NCBI GenBank assembly: GCA_964400685.1
Contig: CAYNVT010000004.1
Location: forward strand, 606-64,605
Direction of reading: 5' to 3'
Origin: an uncultured Bacteriovoracaceae bacterium
GTDB taxonomy: Bacteria > Desulfobacterota > Desulfomonilia > UBA1062
Length of the DNA: 64,000 bases
The notes beneath the pieces are model-generated. The model made no database searches, was not told the DNA's origin, and was given only the letters and a program-made list of their open reading frames with translations. The translations under genes were made by a program, and so were the position numbers. Of the stretch, positions 41,736 through 52,154 are shown in pieces. Each line of letters begins with the position of its first letter. Positions within the stretch are counted from its first letter, which is position 1.

Positions 41736-42590
41736 ATGGCTGAGCTGGCACTTAAAGTAGATATAGATACCTACCGGGGTTTCAAGGACGGGCTCCCGTC
41801 TCTTCTTAAAACATTGGGGGAACGTGGTCTCAAGGCCAGCTTTTTTATAACCTTCGGACCCGACCGTTCAGGTCTTGCAATAATACAGCTGCTCAGGCCG
41901 CGGTTTTTCATGAAAATGCTGAAGTCTAATGCACCGGGCACATACGGTATTGAAACGGCCCTTTACGGGACACTTCTGAAGGCCCCGATGATCGCATCCG
42001 CATATCCGGATGCAGTAGGGCAGATCGGCGAACTCGGCCATGAAACAGCCTGCCATGCATGGGATCACAGACTGTGGCAGGACTGGCTTGGTGTCATGGG
42101 TAAAAAGAGCATCCATGATTGGTTCAGGAAAATGGTGGGCGCATACATGGATGCAATCGGAGCCACCCCTCAGGCTTTCGGCGCACCGGGATGGATGATG
42201 AATACGTTTGCCTTAAAAGAGGCCTCTGCATGGGGCTTCAAATATCTGAGCTGCACGCGAGCACAGTCCCCTTTCATTTTTGAAGAAAACGGCATGCTTG
42301 AAGTACCCTCGAACATCCCCTGCATAGAAGAAGTCGGGACAGAAGGCGTAATTAAGGCCCTCGAAATAAATGCCGGAAGCAATGTGCCTCAGGTTCTTCC
42401 CGTTCACACCGAGATAGAAGGCGGGTCATTCAAAGCGGATTTTGAACGTATCCTGGATAAGGCTGCTGACCTCGGATACAATATCAGAAAACTCTGTGAT
42501 ATAGCCGACGGCATTGACCGTTCACAGCTTGAAATACGCCCTTTGAAAAAGGCTTTGCTACCCGGGCGTGCATTTGCATGCTCTGTGTGA
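41736..42590 (+). CDS. arnD: 4-deoxy-4-formamido-L-arabinose-phosphoundecaprenol deformylase
   Basis: LKVDIDTYRG, FFITFGPD, KMLKSNA, HAWDH match E. coli ArnD (polysaccharide deacetylase fold). Confidence 0.85.
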   Translation: MAELALKVDIDTYRGFKDGLPSLLKTLGERGLKASFFITFGPDRSGLAIIQLLRPRFFMKMLKSNAPGTYGIETALYGTLLKAPMIASAYPDAVGQIGELGHETACHAWDHRLWQDWLGVMGKKSIHDWFRKMVGAYMDAIGATPQAFGAPGWMMNTFALKEASAWGFKYLSCTRAQSPFIFEENGMLEVPSNIPCIEEVGTEGVIKALEINAGSNVPQVLPVHTEIEGGSFKADFERILDKAADLGYNIRKLCDIADGIDRSQLEIRPLKKALLPGRAFACSV

Positions 42591-42607
42591 TTTGCAGGAT
42601 AATTTTC

Positions 42608-43639
42608 TTACCGCCGAAGCAATTCCGGAATGCCTGATTCACACGGGACACCCGTTGAACAAAGGCCGCAGCCGTAGATAAAGATATGATACTTCATGTT
42701 GCAGTGCCTTAAGGAAGCGGCAACCTTCCTGTAGCAGGCTTCCTTGTCGTGGGCGCTTTCCCTGGTAATGGCATTTACGGGACACCGTTTTGCACATTTA
42801 AGACAGTCTATCCCCTGATATTGAAGACAGTTCGCATGTATGTCATCCGGACGCTTGCGGTTAGGCTCCAGCTTCAGGTTGACCACAAAGCTGCCCGCAC
42901 GGTGTGCAGAGCCCTTTTCCGTGATCAGGAAATCATGCATCCCGAAAGTGCCGAGCCCGGCTGCATAAGCTATATGCCTGTGAGACCATGGGGAAGCCCA
43001 CCCCACATCGGGATAACGCTTCTTGTTGAACATGGGAGTCACATCCGGCGAAACTGCAAGAATACCCTTACTCATGAGCTGGGTAACAATCTCGCGAACA
43101 AAAGTCTGGCTGAATATCTCACCCAGCAGACGGCTTTGAGCCCACCGTTCTGCAGTCCATTCCTTTGCCGAGGCATTGTCCTGTCTGGTTATGGGGGTAA
43201 ACGGCATTACAAATGAGACAATACTGATATCCTCGGCTTCAGGCGGTTTTACACCGTTTTTTTCAGCCTGCCATTTCATGATTTTCCAGGGGGTGAAATG
43301 GTGCGGGCCGATAACCTCCATAAACTTCTCGAATATCGGATCATTGCCGCGGACAAACCCGATAAGCGGTTCCTCAAAAACCGGCTCACCGTAATAAGGG
43401 TATTCCATTGCATTTTCAGGATGGTTTGAGACCTTTTCTTTAATGGTTCGTATGAACCACTCTTCATCAGGCGCATCCCTTTTATCACTGATAAATGCAT
43501 CTCTGTTCAGGACAGGCTGTTCCGGCATGAAAAGCCCGCGCATCTCTCCCAGGGCATTTTTCATTCCACGGACGTCCGAAAGGAAAGAAAACCGGCGATA
43601 ACGTTGTTTCATTCTGTTCTGATATTTATTCTCATCCAT
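42608..43639 (-). CDS. QueG-family (epoxyqueuosine reductase / reductive-dehalogenase-like) 4Fe-4S protein
   Basis: WSHRHIAYAAGLGTFGMHDFLITEKGS matches QueG core; C-terminal CxxCxxxCP and CGLCSTGVPC ferredoxin motifs. Confidence 0.5.
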   Translation of the reverse strand: MDENKYQNRMKQRYRRFSFLSDVRGMKNALGEMRGLFMPEQPVLNRDAFISDKRDAPDEEWFIRTIKEKVSNHPENAMEYPYYGEPVFEEPLIGFVRGNDPIFEKFMEVIGPHHFTPWKIMKWQAEKNGVKPPEAEDISIVSFVMPFTPITRQDNASAKEWTAERWAQSRLLGEIFSQTFVREIVTQLMSKGILAVSPDVTPMFNKKRYPDVGWASPWSHRHIAYAAGLGTFGMHDFLITEKGSAHRAGSFVVNLKLEPNRKRPDDIHANCLQYQGIDCLKCAKRCPVNAITRESAHDKEACYRKVAASLRHCNMKYHIFIYGCGLCSTGVPCESGIPELLRR

Positions 43640-44670
43640 TCTTCAGCTGATACGGCCTTGTCAACGAGCTTGCCGAATTTGTTTATGCATGTGTCCCGGA
43701 TATAGGCGTCAACATCGTCATACTTTTGAGGCATCGTTACAATGCGGGCTTCGAGTCCTTTTTCTCTAATCAGATCAATCGCCTTCTTCGTCTTATCTTT
43801 ACCTGACAGAGCCAGTATGATTGTTTCTGCCCCGAACCCGGCAGCGGTCTTCAGCATTGGGGCAGTGAGGCCCTCACTTCCTACGCCGATAACTCCCTTG
43901 ATGCCTATGCTCTCAGAGAGCAATGCATCGAAAAACCCCTCAACCGCAACAAGCTTCTCCTGTTTCCTTGATTTATACATAAGTAAGGGCGTGCCCCTGA
44001 GATACTCCATGCCTGTTAGCGGCACATATGCATTATGCCCATCTTCATGCGACATGCCGTATATGCCCATAATCCTTCCGCACAAGTCCCTGTAGGGTAT
44101 TGCAAGCAACCGGCTGTCGTTTACGCTCAAAGAAAAGACATCAGATATTTCGGATTGAGAATAATCTTTTTTAAGTATATCGAGCGTTTCCCTGTAACCC
44201 GGGAAGAGCCCGAGTCCCATGTGCTCGATTTCCTCGCCCATATATCCGCGGCTGTTGAGATAAGCAAGCTCACCCCTGCCACCCTCTGAGAACAGCATTG
44301 CAGAGAATACAGTCATTACCGATTCGAGCATGCGTGAGCGGGTAAACTCTCTTTTCCACTCATTTTCTGAACTGATCACTCGCAAGGAAGCTGCTTTGTT
44401 AAGAGACTTCAGGACATCGCTGAATCCATATCCCTTGTGTTTCATCAGGAAATCAATCCAGTCTCCATGAGCGCCGCATGCGAAACAGAAATACCTGGGG
44501 CTGTCCGAATTGATTATAAGCGTGGGAAGAACATCTTCATGAAACGGGCAGCATGCGATATAGCCTTCGCCTTTTTTTTTAAAGCCTTTAAGGCCGCCGA
44601 ATATCACCTCCTGATAATTCTTATCCAGCAGCCTGGAGTATATTTTTTCGATAATGGAAATGTCATTCAT
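43609..44670 (-). CDS. Truncated DnaG-like mini-primase (CHC2 zinc finger + Toprim, no helicase-binding domain)
   Basis: CCPFHEDVLPTLIINSDSPRYFCFACGAHGDWIDFL zinc finger; Toprim VAVEGFFDAL...DDVDAY; only 353 aa. Confidence 0.65.
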   Translation of the reverse strand: MNDISIIEKIYSRLLDKNYQEVIFGGLKGFKKKGEGYIACCPFHEDVLPTLIINSDSPRYFCFACGAHGDWIDFLMKHKGYGFSDVLKSLNKAASLRVISSENEWKREFTRSRMLESVMTVFSAMLFSEGGRGELAYLNSRGYMGEEIEHMGLGLFPGYRETLDILKKDYSQSEISDVFSLSVNDSRLLAIPYRDLCGRIMGIYGMSHEDGHNAYVPLTGMEYLRGTPLLMYKSRKQEKLVAVEGFFDALLSESIGIKGVIGVGSEGLTAPMLKTAAGFGAETIILALSGKDKTKKAIDLIREKGLEARIVTMPQKYDDVDAYIRDTCINKFGKLVDKAVSAEEWMRINIRTE

Positions 44671-45693
44671 TTAATCGCCTATTAATGGGCCTCTGACAGG
44701 CCATACATATGATAAAGCTGTTTTGGATTGCGTATTTACCGAACCGTTATAGAAATCCACAAACCATGCATAAGATGTGTTGACTGCATATGATGTCGAT
44801 GTCCAGTATTTATAGCTGCCGTACCCTGTAAAAAAGCTTGATATCGAAGTAACAATTGCAGGGTCATACTGAGAAGCATCCAGCAGAGTCTCCAGCTCAG
44901 CCATAGTCGGAAGCCTCCACTGGCCGTCGGTAAGGCTTTTACAGTATAAATCCGCATCACTCCATGTCTTGGCTATACCAAGCGGTGTTTTGAACCATAC
45001 GAGTCTTGTAAGGTTATCTTCAACCATCACGCCGTCATGAAAATCGGTGAACCTCGGACTTCCCCATGTCTTGCCCAGTCTCAGGTATCCGTCCTGATGT
45101 CTGCAGGTGTTGCCGGAAGTGCATGTTGATGGAGGAGATTCAAACGGGTTATAAACCATATTCTGGCCTGTTTTTATGACAGTGTTAGTACCGCCGCCCG
45201 GAATCTTTACCAGAAGCATGCGCGCGTTGGACACTTTGGAAACTGATGTTTTAGTGCCGTCGTACATGTCTATGCACCATGCATTCTGTATCAGCAGTTC
45301 ATCGGTCGTGGACGTCCAGTAGTAGCTGCCTTTTGTCGTAAGGATATTTAAAAAGGGATAGCCGTTCCCCAGGGCCGGACCGTATTTCGTATAATCCATA
45401 AGGCTCATGATTTCCCTGATATTGGGCAAATGCCAGCCATTCATATTATAATTTGTATCACCCAGAAACAGGGCGACTTCCCAGCTCTTCAATCCTTCGA
45501 TACCTGTTATGCTCCTGGGATCTTTCAGCCATATGAGAGTGGTGTAATTATCTGTAACAGTCCCGTCTCCGTTGTCGGTAAACCTTGGCGGCTCTGGAGC
45601 CGGTCCTGGTTCGCCTCCGCTTTCACCGCTCCCTCCACATGAGACAAAAAGAATTATTGAAAAGAGCAGGACTAGGCACATTGTTTTTTTCAT
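44671..45693 (-). CDS. Lipoprotein with two DUF1566 (Lcl C-terminal-like) domains
   Basis: Lipobox VSCGGS; two repeats each containing RFTD-GDG-V-DN-T-L-W, W-LP---E----L and YWTST motifs. Confidence 0.6.
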   Translation of the reverse strand: MKKTMCLVLLFSIILFVSCGGSGESGGEPGPAPEPPRFTDNGDGTVTDNYTTLIWLKDPRSITGIEGLKSWEVALFLGDTNYNMNGWHLPNIREIMSLMDYTKYGPALGNGYPFLNILTTKGSYYWTSTTDELLIQNAWCIDMYDGTKTSVSKVSNARMLLVKIPGGGTNTVIKTGQNMVYNPFESPPSTCTSGNTCRHQDGYLRLGKTWGSPRFTDFHDGVMVEDNLTRLVWFKTPLGIAKTWSDADLYCKSLTDGQWRLPTMAELETLLDASQYDPAIVTSISSFFTGYGSYKYWTSTSYAVNTSYAWFVDFYNGSVNTQSKTALSYVWPVRGPLIGD

Positions 45694-45839
45694 ATATACC
45701 TCCGATATAATAAGCCCGATTGTTATTACACTTTATCTTTATTATTCTAATCGGTTTTCTAAAAGTGATTATTTAGGAAAATATCTATTAACTGTTTTTC
45801 AGCCGGCAGACATTAAACGGCGTAATAACATACTGTGTA

Positions 45840-47027
45840 TCAACATAATATTGCTGAAGATATAAAACATCCACCCGACCCTGATGATCCTGAATCATCA
45901 GCGTTCAATGTTTCAGAGTCTTCGGTTGCCTGATGTGATGCGTCCATAATCCTGAACCTTCCGAGTGTCTTTGTAGTGAAGACAGCCCTTGCATTATCCA
46001 TCTTCGCTTCAGTCTTGATTCCCGCCCATTTCCCTGTTGTGAAGTCATAAAGTTCCACATGCGGACTTACACCGGAATAAGGCACGGCAACCTTTGCAGG
46101 TTGCTTCAATGTCTTTCCATAAGGAAGTATATCAAAAACATATCCAGGTGTTGCAACTGCATTTTGCGGGCCGCTTTGCACAAGGCTGATGCCGATGCCC
46201 ACCTCAATTTCATCAGATGATGACCCTTCGGGAATTTCCAGCTCAATGCCGGTTGCACTGTCAATGACGGAAACAGATTCTTCATCGCTGATCTGGGCGG
46301 CCAGGAGTATGCTTCCGGTAACTGAGATGTTGAGCTTGTATTTAACCGAGCCTGACGAATTTATAAGGTTATAGTAAAATAGGCCTTCTGTCTGCAGGTT
46401 AAGAATCAGGCCTGCAGGCACCGGATATTCAGAGGAAACAGGGACTATATCAAGAGACGCTTCAGGTATGATGCCATCAAGTGTTATCGATGATCCCTTC
46501 TCTGCTATCATGTAAATCATATACGTATCCCTTTCGGGAAAGCTTAAAAAATCATTCATATCAGTATGTGATTCATACTCAGAAAAGTTGCTGTATCCGT
46601 CCAGGTCATTGTCATATATGGAGTCGAAGGGATTTAAAGGGTCAAGCCCCATCGAAATCTCGACCGTATCCGGTATTCCGTCCGAATCGGTATCCAGTTC
46701 GATCTGTGGATCCGGTATCGAAAGAGATACCTCGTCAGAATATGCGCTCTCATTAAAAACCTCATCGTAAGCAGTGACGGCAAAATAATACGTCACCCCT
46801 TCCTGAAGGCCGGTTATATAAACTTGCGTGTTCTGTCCCGCACTTTCCACATGGATATATCTTTTTGATGACGTCCCGTAATAGACCCTGTAACCTGCGA
46901 CTTCATCATCGGAAGGATTTGCTGACCATGATACTTCTGCGGTTGCGGCGGCTGCCTTTTCCCCCAAAACCATGCCACATAAAGCCATTATCAATGCCCA
47001 GAATAAACCACTCCTAATTAAATTCAT
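45840..47027 (-). CDS. Secreted protein with N-terminal fibronectin-III-like domain and Ca-binding-like D-rich repeats
   Basis: Signal peptide; FN3-like YRVYYGTSS...TYYFAVTAYD; DTDSDGIPD and DNDLDGYSN repeats; C-terminal GGCFISSAILC. Confidence 0.5.
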   Translation of the reverse strand: MNLIRSGLFWALIMALCGMVLGEKAAAATAEVSWSANPSDDEVAGYRVYYGTSSKRYIHVESAGQNTQVYITGLQEGVTYYFAVTAYDEVFNESAYSDEVSLSIPDPQIELDTDSDGIPDTVEISMGLDPLNPFDSIYDNDLDGYSNFSEYESHTDMNDFLSFPERDTYMIYMIAEKGSSITLDGIIPEASLDIVPVSSEYPVPAGLILNLQTEGLFYYNLINSSGSVKYKLNISVTGSILLAAQISDEESVSVIDSATGIELEIPEGSSSDEIEVGIGISLVQSGPQNAVATPGYVFDILPYGKTLKQPAKVAVPYSGVSPHVELYDFTTGKWAGIKTEAKMDNARAVFTTKTLGRFRIMDASHQATEDSETLNADDSGSSGSGGCFISSAILC

Positions 47028-47197
47028 GACAAATATATTACAAATGCCATGCCAACACCTTTATTTATTAAAATCATAGACTTAAAAGATAATCTGGTTT
47101 ATTTGAGTACGTTTGCGAACAGTGTTGTTACAATTGTGTACGCTGACGGAAAGTCAAGCCCCTGCATGGAAATTATGCAGGGGCTTATGGGACATTA

Positions 47198-48109
47198 TTA
47201 AGAACTCTTCTTTGAATTGCTCATGAACAGTACAATAGGGCTTGCAACGAATATCGAGGAGTAGCATCCGATGATGACGCCTATAAGCATTACCAATGCA
47301 AACCCGTGCAAGACCACTCCTCCCAGTAGAAAGAGCGCAATCACGACTAGAAAAACTGTGAGTGTCGTCAGCAAGGTCCTGCTCAATGTCTGGCTTATGC
47401 TCATGCTCATAATATGGGCAAGGTCATAATTCGGAGACTGCTGCTTCTTCATGTTTTCCCTGATCCTGTCGAAGACCACGATCGTATCGTTGAGCGAATA
47501 TCCTATCAATGTCAGCAGAGCTGCCACAACGGTAAGGTCCATCTCTCTTCTCAGCAGCGAAAACATTCCCAGCACTATTATTACGTCATGCACGGTCGCG
47601 ACAATCGCCCCTACAGAGAACTTGAACTCGAATCTCCACCATACATAGATCAGGATGCCTATGCCAGCCCAGATGAGAGACAGAAAGCCTTTGGTTTTAA
47701 TATCTTTACTGACCGCGCCTCCTACCATTTCTATACGCCTTATCTCGAAGTTGCCTTTGCCGAAGGACTTCTCGAGTTCAGCCTTGAACATCCCGCCGAA
47801 GCCTTTTTTCGTGTCCTCTGTTTGAGATGTTCTGATCATAAAATCATTGTCAGATGGCTCACCGACACTCTGAATTCTTTCGTCGGCCATCCCCATCGGC
47901 TTGAGAGCCTTGCGTATTTCATCTGCCGTGGTCGGGTTTTTAAACTGCACCTGTATCACCGAACCTCCGGCAAAGTCGATCCCGTAAGAAAACCCCTGCA
48001 CTGCAATGCTTCCGATCGCGACAAGTGAGGTTATAAGAGAAAATCCGATGAAGTACCATTTGTACTTCATGAAATCTATATAGGTTCCGGGTTTAATGAA
48101 TTCTAACAT
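47198..48109 (-). CDS. secF: Protein translocase subunit SecF
   Basis: Conserved SecF sequence, 6 TM, follows secD. Confidence 0.9.
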   Translation of the reverse strand: MLEFIKPGTYIDFMKYKWYFIGFSLITSLVAIGSIAVQGFSYGIDFAGGSVIQVQFKNPTTADEIRKALKPMGMADERIQSVGEPSDNDFMIRTSQTEDTKKGFGGMFKAELEKSFGKGNFEIRRIEMVGGAVSKDIKTKGFLSLIWAGIGILIYVWWRFEFKFSVGAIVATVHDVIIVLGMFSLLRREMDLTVVAALLTLIGYSLNDTIVVFDRIRENMKKQQSPNYDLAHIMSMSISQTLSRTLLTTLTVFLVVIALFLLGGVVLHGFALVMLIGVIIGCYSSIFVASPIVLFMSNSKKSS

Positions 48110-48122
48110 GAACTGCCTCCCC

Positions 48123-49709
48123 CTAAATGCTTATGCGTTCAACATTCTTGCTGTTGACGAACCATTCCATGACCCATTTGCAGCCAACGAGCACGGTAAA
48201 CAGGGTGGTTAGAATACCGAAACACAAAGTCACTGCAAAGCCCTTGATCGGTCCCGTACCGAACTGGAACAGCACAAGGCCTGCAATCAGTGTCGTCACA
48301 TTCGCGTCTACAACGGTTGATACTGCATGCTTGTATCCGGCCTCGACCACCATCTTGGGCGTCCGTCCCAGTCTGATTTCTTCACGCATTCGTTCAAATA
48401 TAAGAATATTCGCATCAACGGCCATACCGATGGTGAGTATGATTCCGGCAATACCGGGCAGCGTGAGCACCGCCCCGACAAGGGCCATGAATGCGGCTAT
48501 CAGCATGATATTCAGGGTAACGGCAATATTGGCCAGCATTCCGGAAGCCCTGTAATAGATGATCATGAACAATATGACAAGCGCGCCGCCTATTGCACAG
48601 GCGACCAGTCCCTGGTGGATCGAATCCTTACCCAGAGATGGCCCGACTGTCCTTTCTTCAAGTATCTCAACAGGGGCGAGCAATGATCCTGATCTCAGGA
48701 CAATGGCCAAATTCTTTGCTTCCTGGTCAGTGAATCTGCCGGTAATCGACGCCTTGCCTCCCGCGATCCTGTCTTTTATAACAGGGGCAGAATAGACCTT
48801 GTTATCCAGAAGTATGGCAAGCCTTTTATTGATATTCTCTCCTGTAATACGTTCAAAATCCCTCGCGCCCTGGGAATTAAAGTCAAGTGAGATATAAGGA
48901 CTGGCACCGTCGATCTTTACCCTGGCATCGTTGAGCGTATCACCCGTAAGTTCGACCTGCTGCTTGAGAAGTATGGGTTCATTTGTTTCCTTCATGTAGG
49001 CGATATAGCTGCCCTGCGGTATGTCGCCGGCCAGTGCATTAGAGAGTGAATGCTCCTCGTCCACCAGCTTGAATTCCAGTACAGCGGTTTCTCCGATGAT
49101 CTTTTTTGCCCTTTCCGGATCCGTAATGCCCGGGAGCTGAACGTTTATACGGTCCCTGCCCTCAGTGATTATTGACGGTTCGCTCACGCCCAGCTGGTCT
49201 ATCCTGTTTCTTATAGTCTCAAGGGCCTGGCTTATCGAAGAATCCTTGATTTTTTGAATCTCCTCATTTTTTATAGAATATTTAAGTACAGTCACTCCGC
49301 CGGCCGTTTCTGTTGACGGATCAGAAAAAGACGACTGTTCGTTTATTATGCCGGTCAGCTTGTCCTGATCCGCCGGGTCCCTTAACGTTACGGCAAGACT
49401 GTCCGGCGCTACCACTTCAATTTTCGTATAATGTATCCTTTTCTGCTGCATCTCCGATTTAATAGTTGACGCAATGATATTCAGCTTGCCTGTTACAGCC
49501 TTGTCTGTGTCCACTTTAAGAATCAGGTGCATGCCGCCCTGAAGGTCCAGACCGAGTTTCACCTGCTTGATATATTTGCCAAGCGGTCCGAGCCAGTTGT
49601 CGGCCAGCTGATACGGAGTGAGCAGAGAGACCATCGTAGGCAATGAGAGTATGAGGCCTGCTATCATAACAACTGCGATTATGATCCCCCGCAATTTGAA
49701 ATTGTTCAT
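48123..49709 (-). CDS. secD: Protein translocase subunit SecD
   Basis: Conserved SecD periplasmic and TM regions; 528 aa. Confidence 0.9.
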   Translation of the reverse strand: MNNFKLRGIIIAVVMIAGLILSLPTMVSLLTPYQLADNWLGPLGKYIKQVKLGLDLQGGMHLILKVDTDKAVTGKLNIIASTIKSEMQQKRIHYTKIEVVAPDSLAVTLRDPADQDKLTGIINEQSSFSDPSTETAGGVTVLKYSIKNEEIQKIKDSSISQALETIRNRIDQLGVSEPSIITEGRDRINVQLPGITDPERAKKIIGETAVLEFKLVDEEHSLSNALAGDIPQGSYIAYMKETNEPILLKQQVELTGDTLNDARVKIDGASPYISLDFNSQGARDFERITGENINKRLAILLDNKVYSAPVIKDRIAGGKASITGRFTDQEAKNLAIVLRSGSLLAPVEILEERTVGPSLGKDSIHQGLVACAIGGALVILFMIIYYRASGMLANIAVTLNIMLIAAFMALVGAVLTLPGIAGIILTIGMAVDANILIFERMREEIRLGRTPKMVVEAGYKHAVSTVVDANVTTLIAGLVLFQFGTGPIKGFAVTLCFGILTTLFTVLVGCKWVMEWFVNSKNVERISI

Positions 49710-49725
49710 TTAAATTCCCCCTTTA

Positions 49726-50058
49726 TTAAGCCTTGGTTACAGTTTTACTGTCTTCAGAGCCTTTTTTATACGCTACAAATTCTCTTGATACCTTTATCTT
49801 GACGTTCTGTGCAATCTCAATTGTAAGGACATTTTCCGCAACACCCACAACCTTACCGTGAATCCCGCCGGTAGTTACGACTTCGTCGCCCTTGTCGATC
49901 TTGGAAAGCATCTCACGGTGCTGTTTCGCCTTTTTCTGCTGGGGCATTATAAGCAGGAAGTAGAAAATGACAAAGATAAGAATAAGCGGGGCGATACTCA
50001 TAAGCATCCCCATTGTTCCTCCCGACGCCGCGTCTGCAGCATAAGCAATACTAAACAT
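49726..50058 (-). CDS. yajC: Preprotein translocase subunit YajC
   Basis: YajC motif MPQQKKAKQHREMLSKIDKGDEVVTTGGIHGKV. Confidence 0.9.
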   Translation of the reverse strand: MFSIAYAADAASGGTMGMLMSIAPLILIFVIFYFLLIMPQQKKAKQHREMLSKIDKGDEVVTTGGIHGKVVGVAENVLTIEIAQNVKIKVSREFVAYKKGSEDSKTVTKA

Positions 50059-51166
50059 CGTACATCTCCTTTATACTTGATCTTAGTTTATTCAGATACT
50101 GGTTCTCTACGGCATGCCGCATCTTATACATTAATTCAAGATAGAAATGAAGGTTATGTATGGTGGCTAGGACTGAAGACAGTATTTCACCTGAAATGAA
50201 CAGGTGCCTTAAATACGCAAGGGAGAAGTTCCTGCAGGTATAACAGGTGCAGTTTTCATCGGGCGGGCTGTTATCAAGCCTGTATTTAGCCTGTTTGAGC
50301 GTGATTCTGCCATTCCATGTAAAAAGCTGGCCGTTCCTTGCGTTTCTTGTGGGAAGCACGCAGTCGAACATATCGATGCCGCGGGTGACAGCCTCAACAA
50401 TATCAAGCGGTGTTCCCACACCCATCAGATATCTGGGTTTCTCCTGAGGCATCAGAGGTGCGGTGTAATCAAGCACATCCATCATTATGTCATGCCCTTC
50501 TCCGACTGACAGACCGCCTATGGCAACGCCGTCAAACGGGAGCTCACATATCTGAGCTGCACTCATTTCACGCAGGTTCTTAAAAACGCCTCCCTGCACT
50601 ATTCCGAACATCGCATTATCACTTCTTCTTGCCTTGATGCATCGCTCTGCCCATGAAGTCGTCCTTCTGACGGCATTAAGCGCATCTTCCTCTCTGCATG
50701 GATAAGGCACACATTCATCAAGCACCATCATGATGTCGGAACCAAGTTTTTCCTGTATAAGAACTGCCTTTTCAGGTGTAAGGAATCTTCTGCTTCCGTC
50801 AATATGCGACTGGAACTCGATGCCATTATCAGTAAGTTCCCTCAATTTCGCCAGACTGAAAACCTGATACCCGCCGCTGTCGGTAAGGATCGGCCCTTCC
50901 CATGCCATGAATTTATGCAGACCGCCGATTGTTTCTATAAGATCTTCTCCGGGACGCAGGTGGAGATGGTACGTGTTTGAAAGAATTATCTGTGCACCCG
51001 CCTCTTTCAGATTCTCAGGGGTCATGGCCTTGACCGTACCCTGGGTGCCTACAGGCATGAATGCAGGGGTATCGACAGGGCCTCTTTGTGTGTGAAACCT
51101 GCCCCTCCTTGCATCGCCGTACCTGGCCAGCACTTCGAATCTAAATGATGAGCATTGCGTCCCCAT
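50051..51166 (-). CDS. tgt: Queuine tRNA-ribosyltransferase
   Basis: TPAFMPVGTQGTVK, zinc site CTCYTC...H; 371 aa. Confidence 0.92.
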   Translation of the reverse strand: MGTQCSSFRFEVLARYGDARRGRFHTQRGPVDTPAFMPVGTQGTVKAMTPENLKEAGAQIILSNTYHLHLRPGEDLIETIGGLHKFMAWEGPILTDSGGYQVFSLAKLRELTDNGIEFQSHIDGSRRFLTPEKAVLIQEKLGSDIMMVLDECVPYPCREEDALNAVRRTTSWAERCIKARRSDNAMFGIVQGGVFKNLREMSAAQICELPFDGVAIGGLSVGEGHDIMMDVLDYTAPLMPQEKPRYLMGVGTPLDIVEAVTRGIDMFDCVLPTRNARNGQLFTWNGRITLKQAKYRLDNSPPDENCTCYTCRNFSLAYLRHLFISGEILSSVLATIHNLHFYLELMYKMRHAVENQYLNKLRSSIKEMYDV

Positions 51167-52148
51167 AACTGAAGAACCTGTACCTTTCCTTTACTGCTTC
51201 CTTGTATGCTTTCATTATTAAATCATATCCCCCGAATGCGCAAACCAGCATGATAAGTGTAGAACACGGCAGATGGAAATTCGTAAGCAGGGCATTCACA
51301 CACTTGAACTCAAAGCCGGGTCTGATAAAAATTCCGGTAATGCCACGGCCTGCAGTTATCCTCCCTTTTTCACGCATCAGGTGCTCAAGAACACGGGTGG
51401 TAGTTGTTCCGACCGATACTATCCTTGTTTTATTATTCATTGCCATATTTATTTTTTCCGATTCTTCAATGCCCAGGTAAAATTCTTCCTCATGCATTTT
51501 ATGCTCTTCAATATTTTGAACTCTTACCGGCATGAAAGTTCCTAGACCCACATGAAGCGTTATATAAAGTGGCTCGATGCCTTTTTGTGAAAGACTGAAA
51601 AGCATATCTTCTGCAAAATGTAGTCCCGCGGTAGGTGCAGCAACAGAACCTTCATCCTTCGCATAAACGGTCTGGTAATATTCTCTGTCACAATCTTCAG
51701 CATTACGCGATATATAAGGGGGAAGCGGCATTTTGCCTGTTTCGAGAATAAGCTCAGGTCTGTCAAAGCGGACAATTCCTTTCTCTGATTCTCTTTCAAT
51801 GATTTCCGCCGTGAGTCCGCTTTCAAAATATACAACTGTACCCGGTCGCGAAGGTTTTGAAGACCTGACAAGACATTCCCACATTCCCCTTTCAAGCTCC
51901 TTGAGCAGGAATATCTCAACATTGCCGCCAGTAGCCTTTTTCCCCGTCAGCCTTGCGGGTATTACCTTGCTGTTATTTAGGACAAGGGTGTCATCCGGTA
52001 TCAGATAGTCTTTGAAATCACTGAAATGTCCATGAGAGATCGCGCACTTTGCCCTGTCGATGACCATGAGCCTTCCGGTTCCCCTTGGAAGCGGGTACTG
52101 GGCAATAAGGTCTTCAGAAAGGTCGTAATGAAAATCACTGAGTTTCAT
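51141..52148 (-). CDS. queA: S-adenosylmethionine:tRNA ribosyltransferase-isomerase
   Basis: MKLSDFHYDLSEDLIAQYPL... canonical QueA N-terminus and length. Confidence 0.92.
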   Translation of the reverse strand: MKLSDFHYDLSEDLIAQYPLPRGTGRLMVIDRAKCAISHGHFSDFKDYLIPDDTLVLNNSKVIPARLTGKKATGGNVEIFLLKELERGMWECLVRSSKPSRPGTVVYFESGLTAEIIERESEKGIVRFDRPELILETGKMPLPPYISRNAEDCDREYYQTVYAKDEGSVAAPTAGLHFAEDMLFSLSQKGIEPLYITLHVGLGTFMPVRVQNIEEHKMHEEEFYLGIEESEKINMAMNNKTRIVSVGTTTTRVLEHLMREKGRITAGRGITGIFIRPGFEFKCVNALLTNFHLPCSTLIMLVCAFGGYDLIMKAYKEAVKERYRFFSYGDAMLII

Positions 52149-52154
52149 CAGATG

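Noticed and set aside
43609-44670. Housekeeping DnaG
   Set aside because: Only 353 aa and lacks the C-terminal DnaB-interaction domain. The context is not the rpsU-dnaG-rpoD neighbourhood.
47414-48028. 204-aa plus-strand ORF
   Set aside because: Antisense to secF.
50051-52148. tgt/queA as part of a 7-deazaguanine DNA-modification (Dpd-like) system together with the QueG-like gene
   Set aside because: queA-tgt-yajC-secD-secF is a widely conserved housekeeping arrangement. The QueG-like gene is 7 kb away on a different operon.
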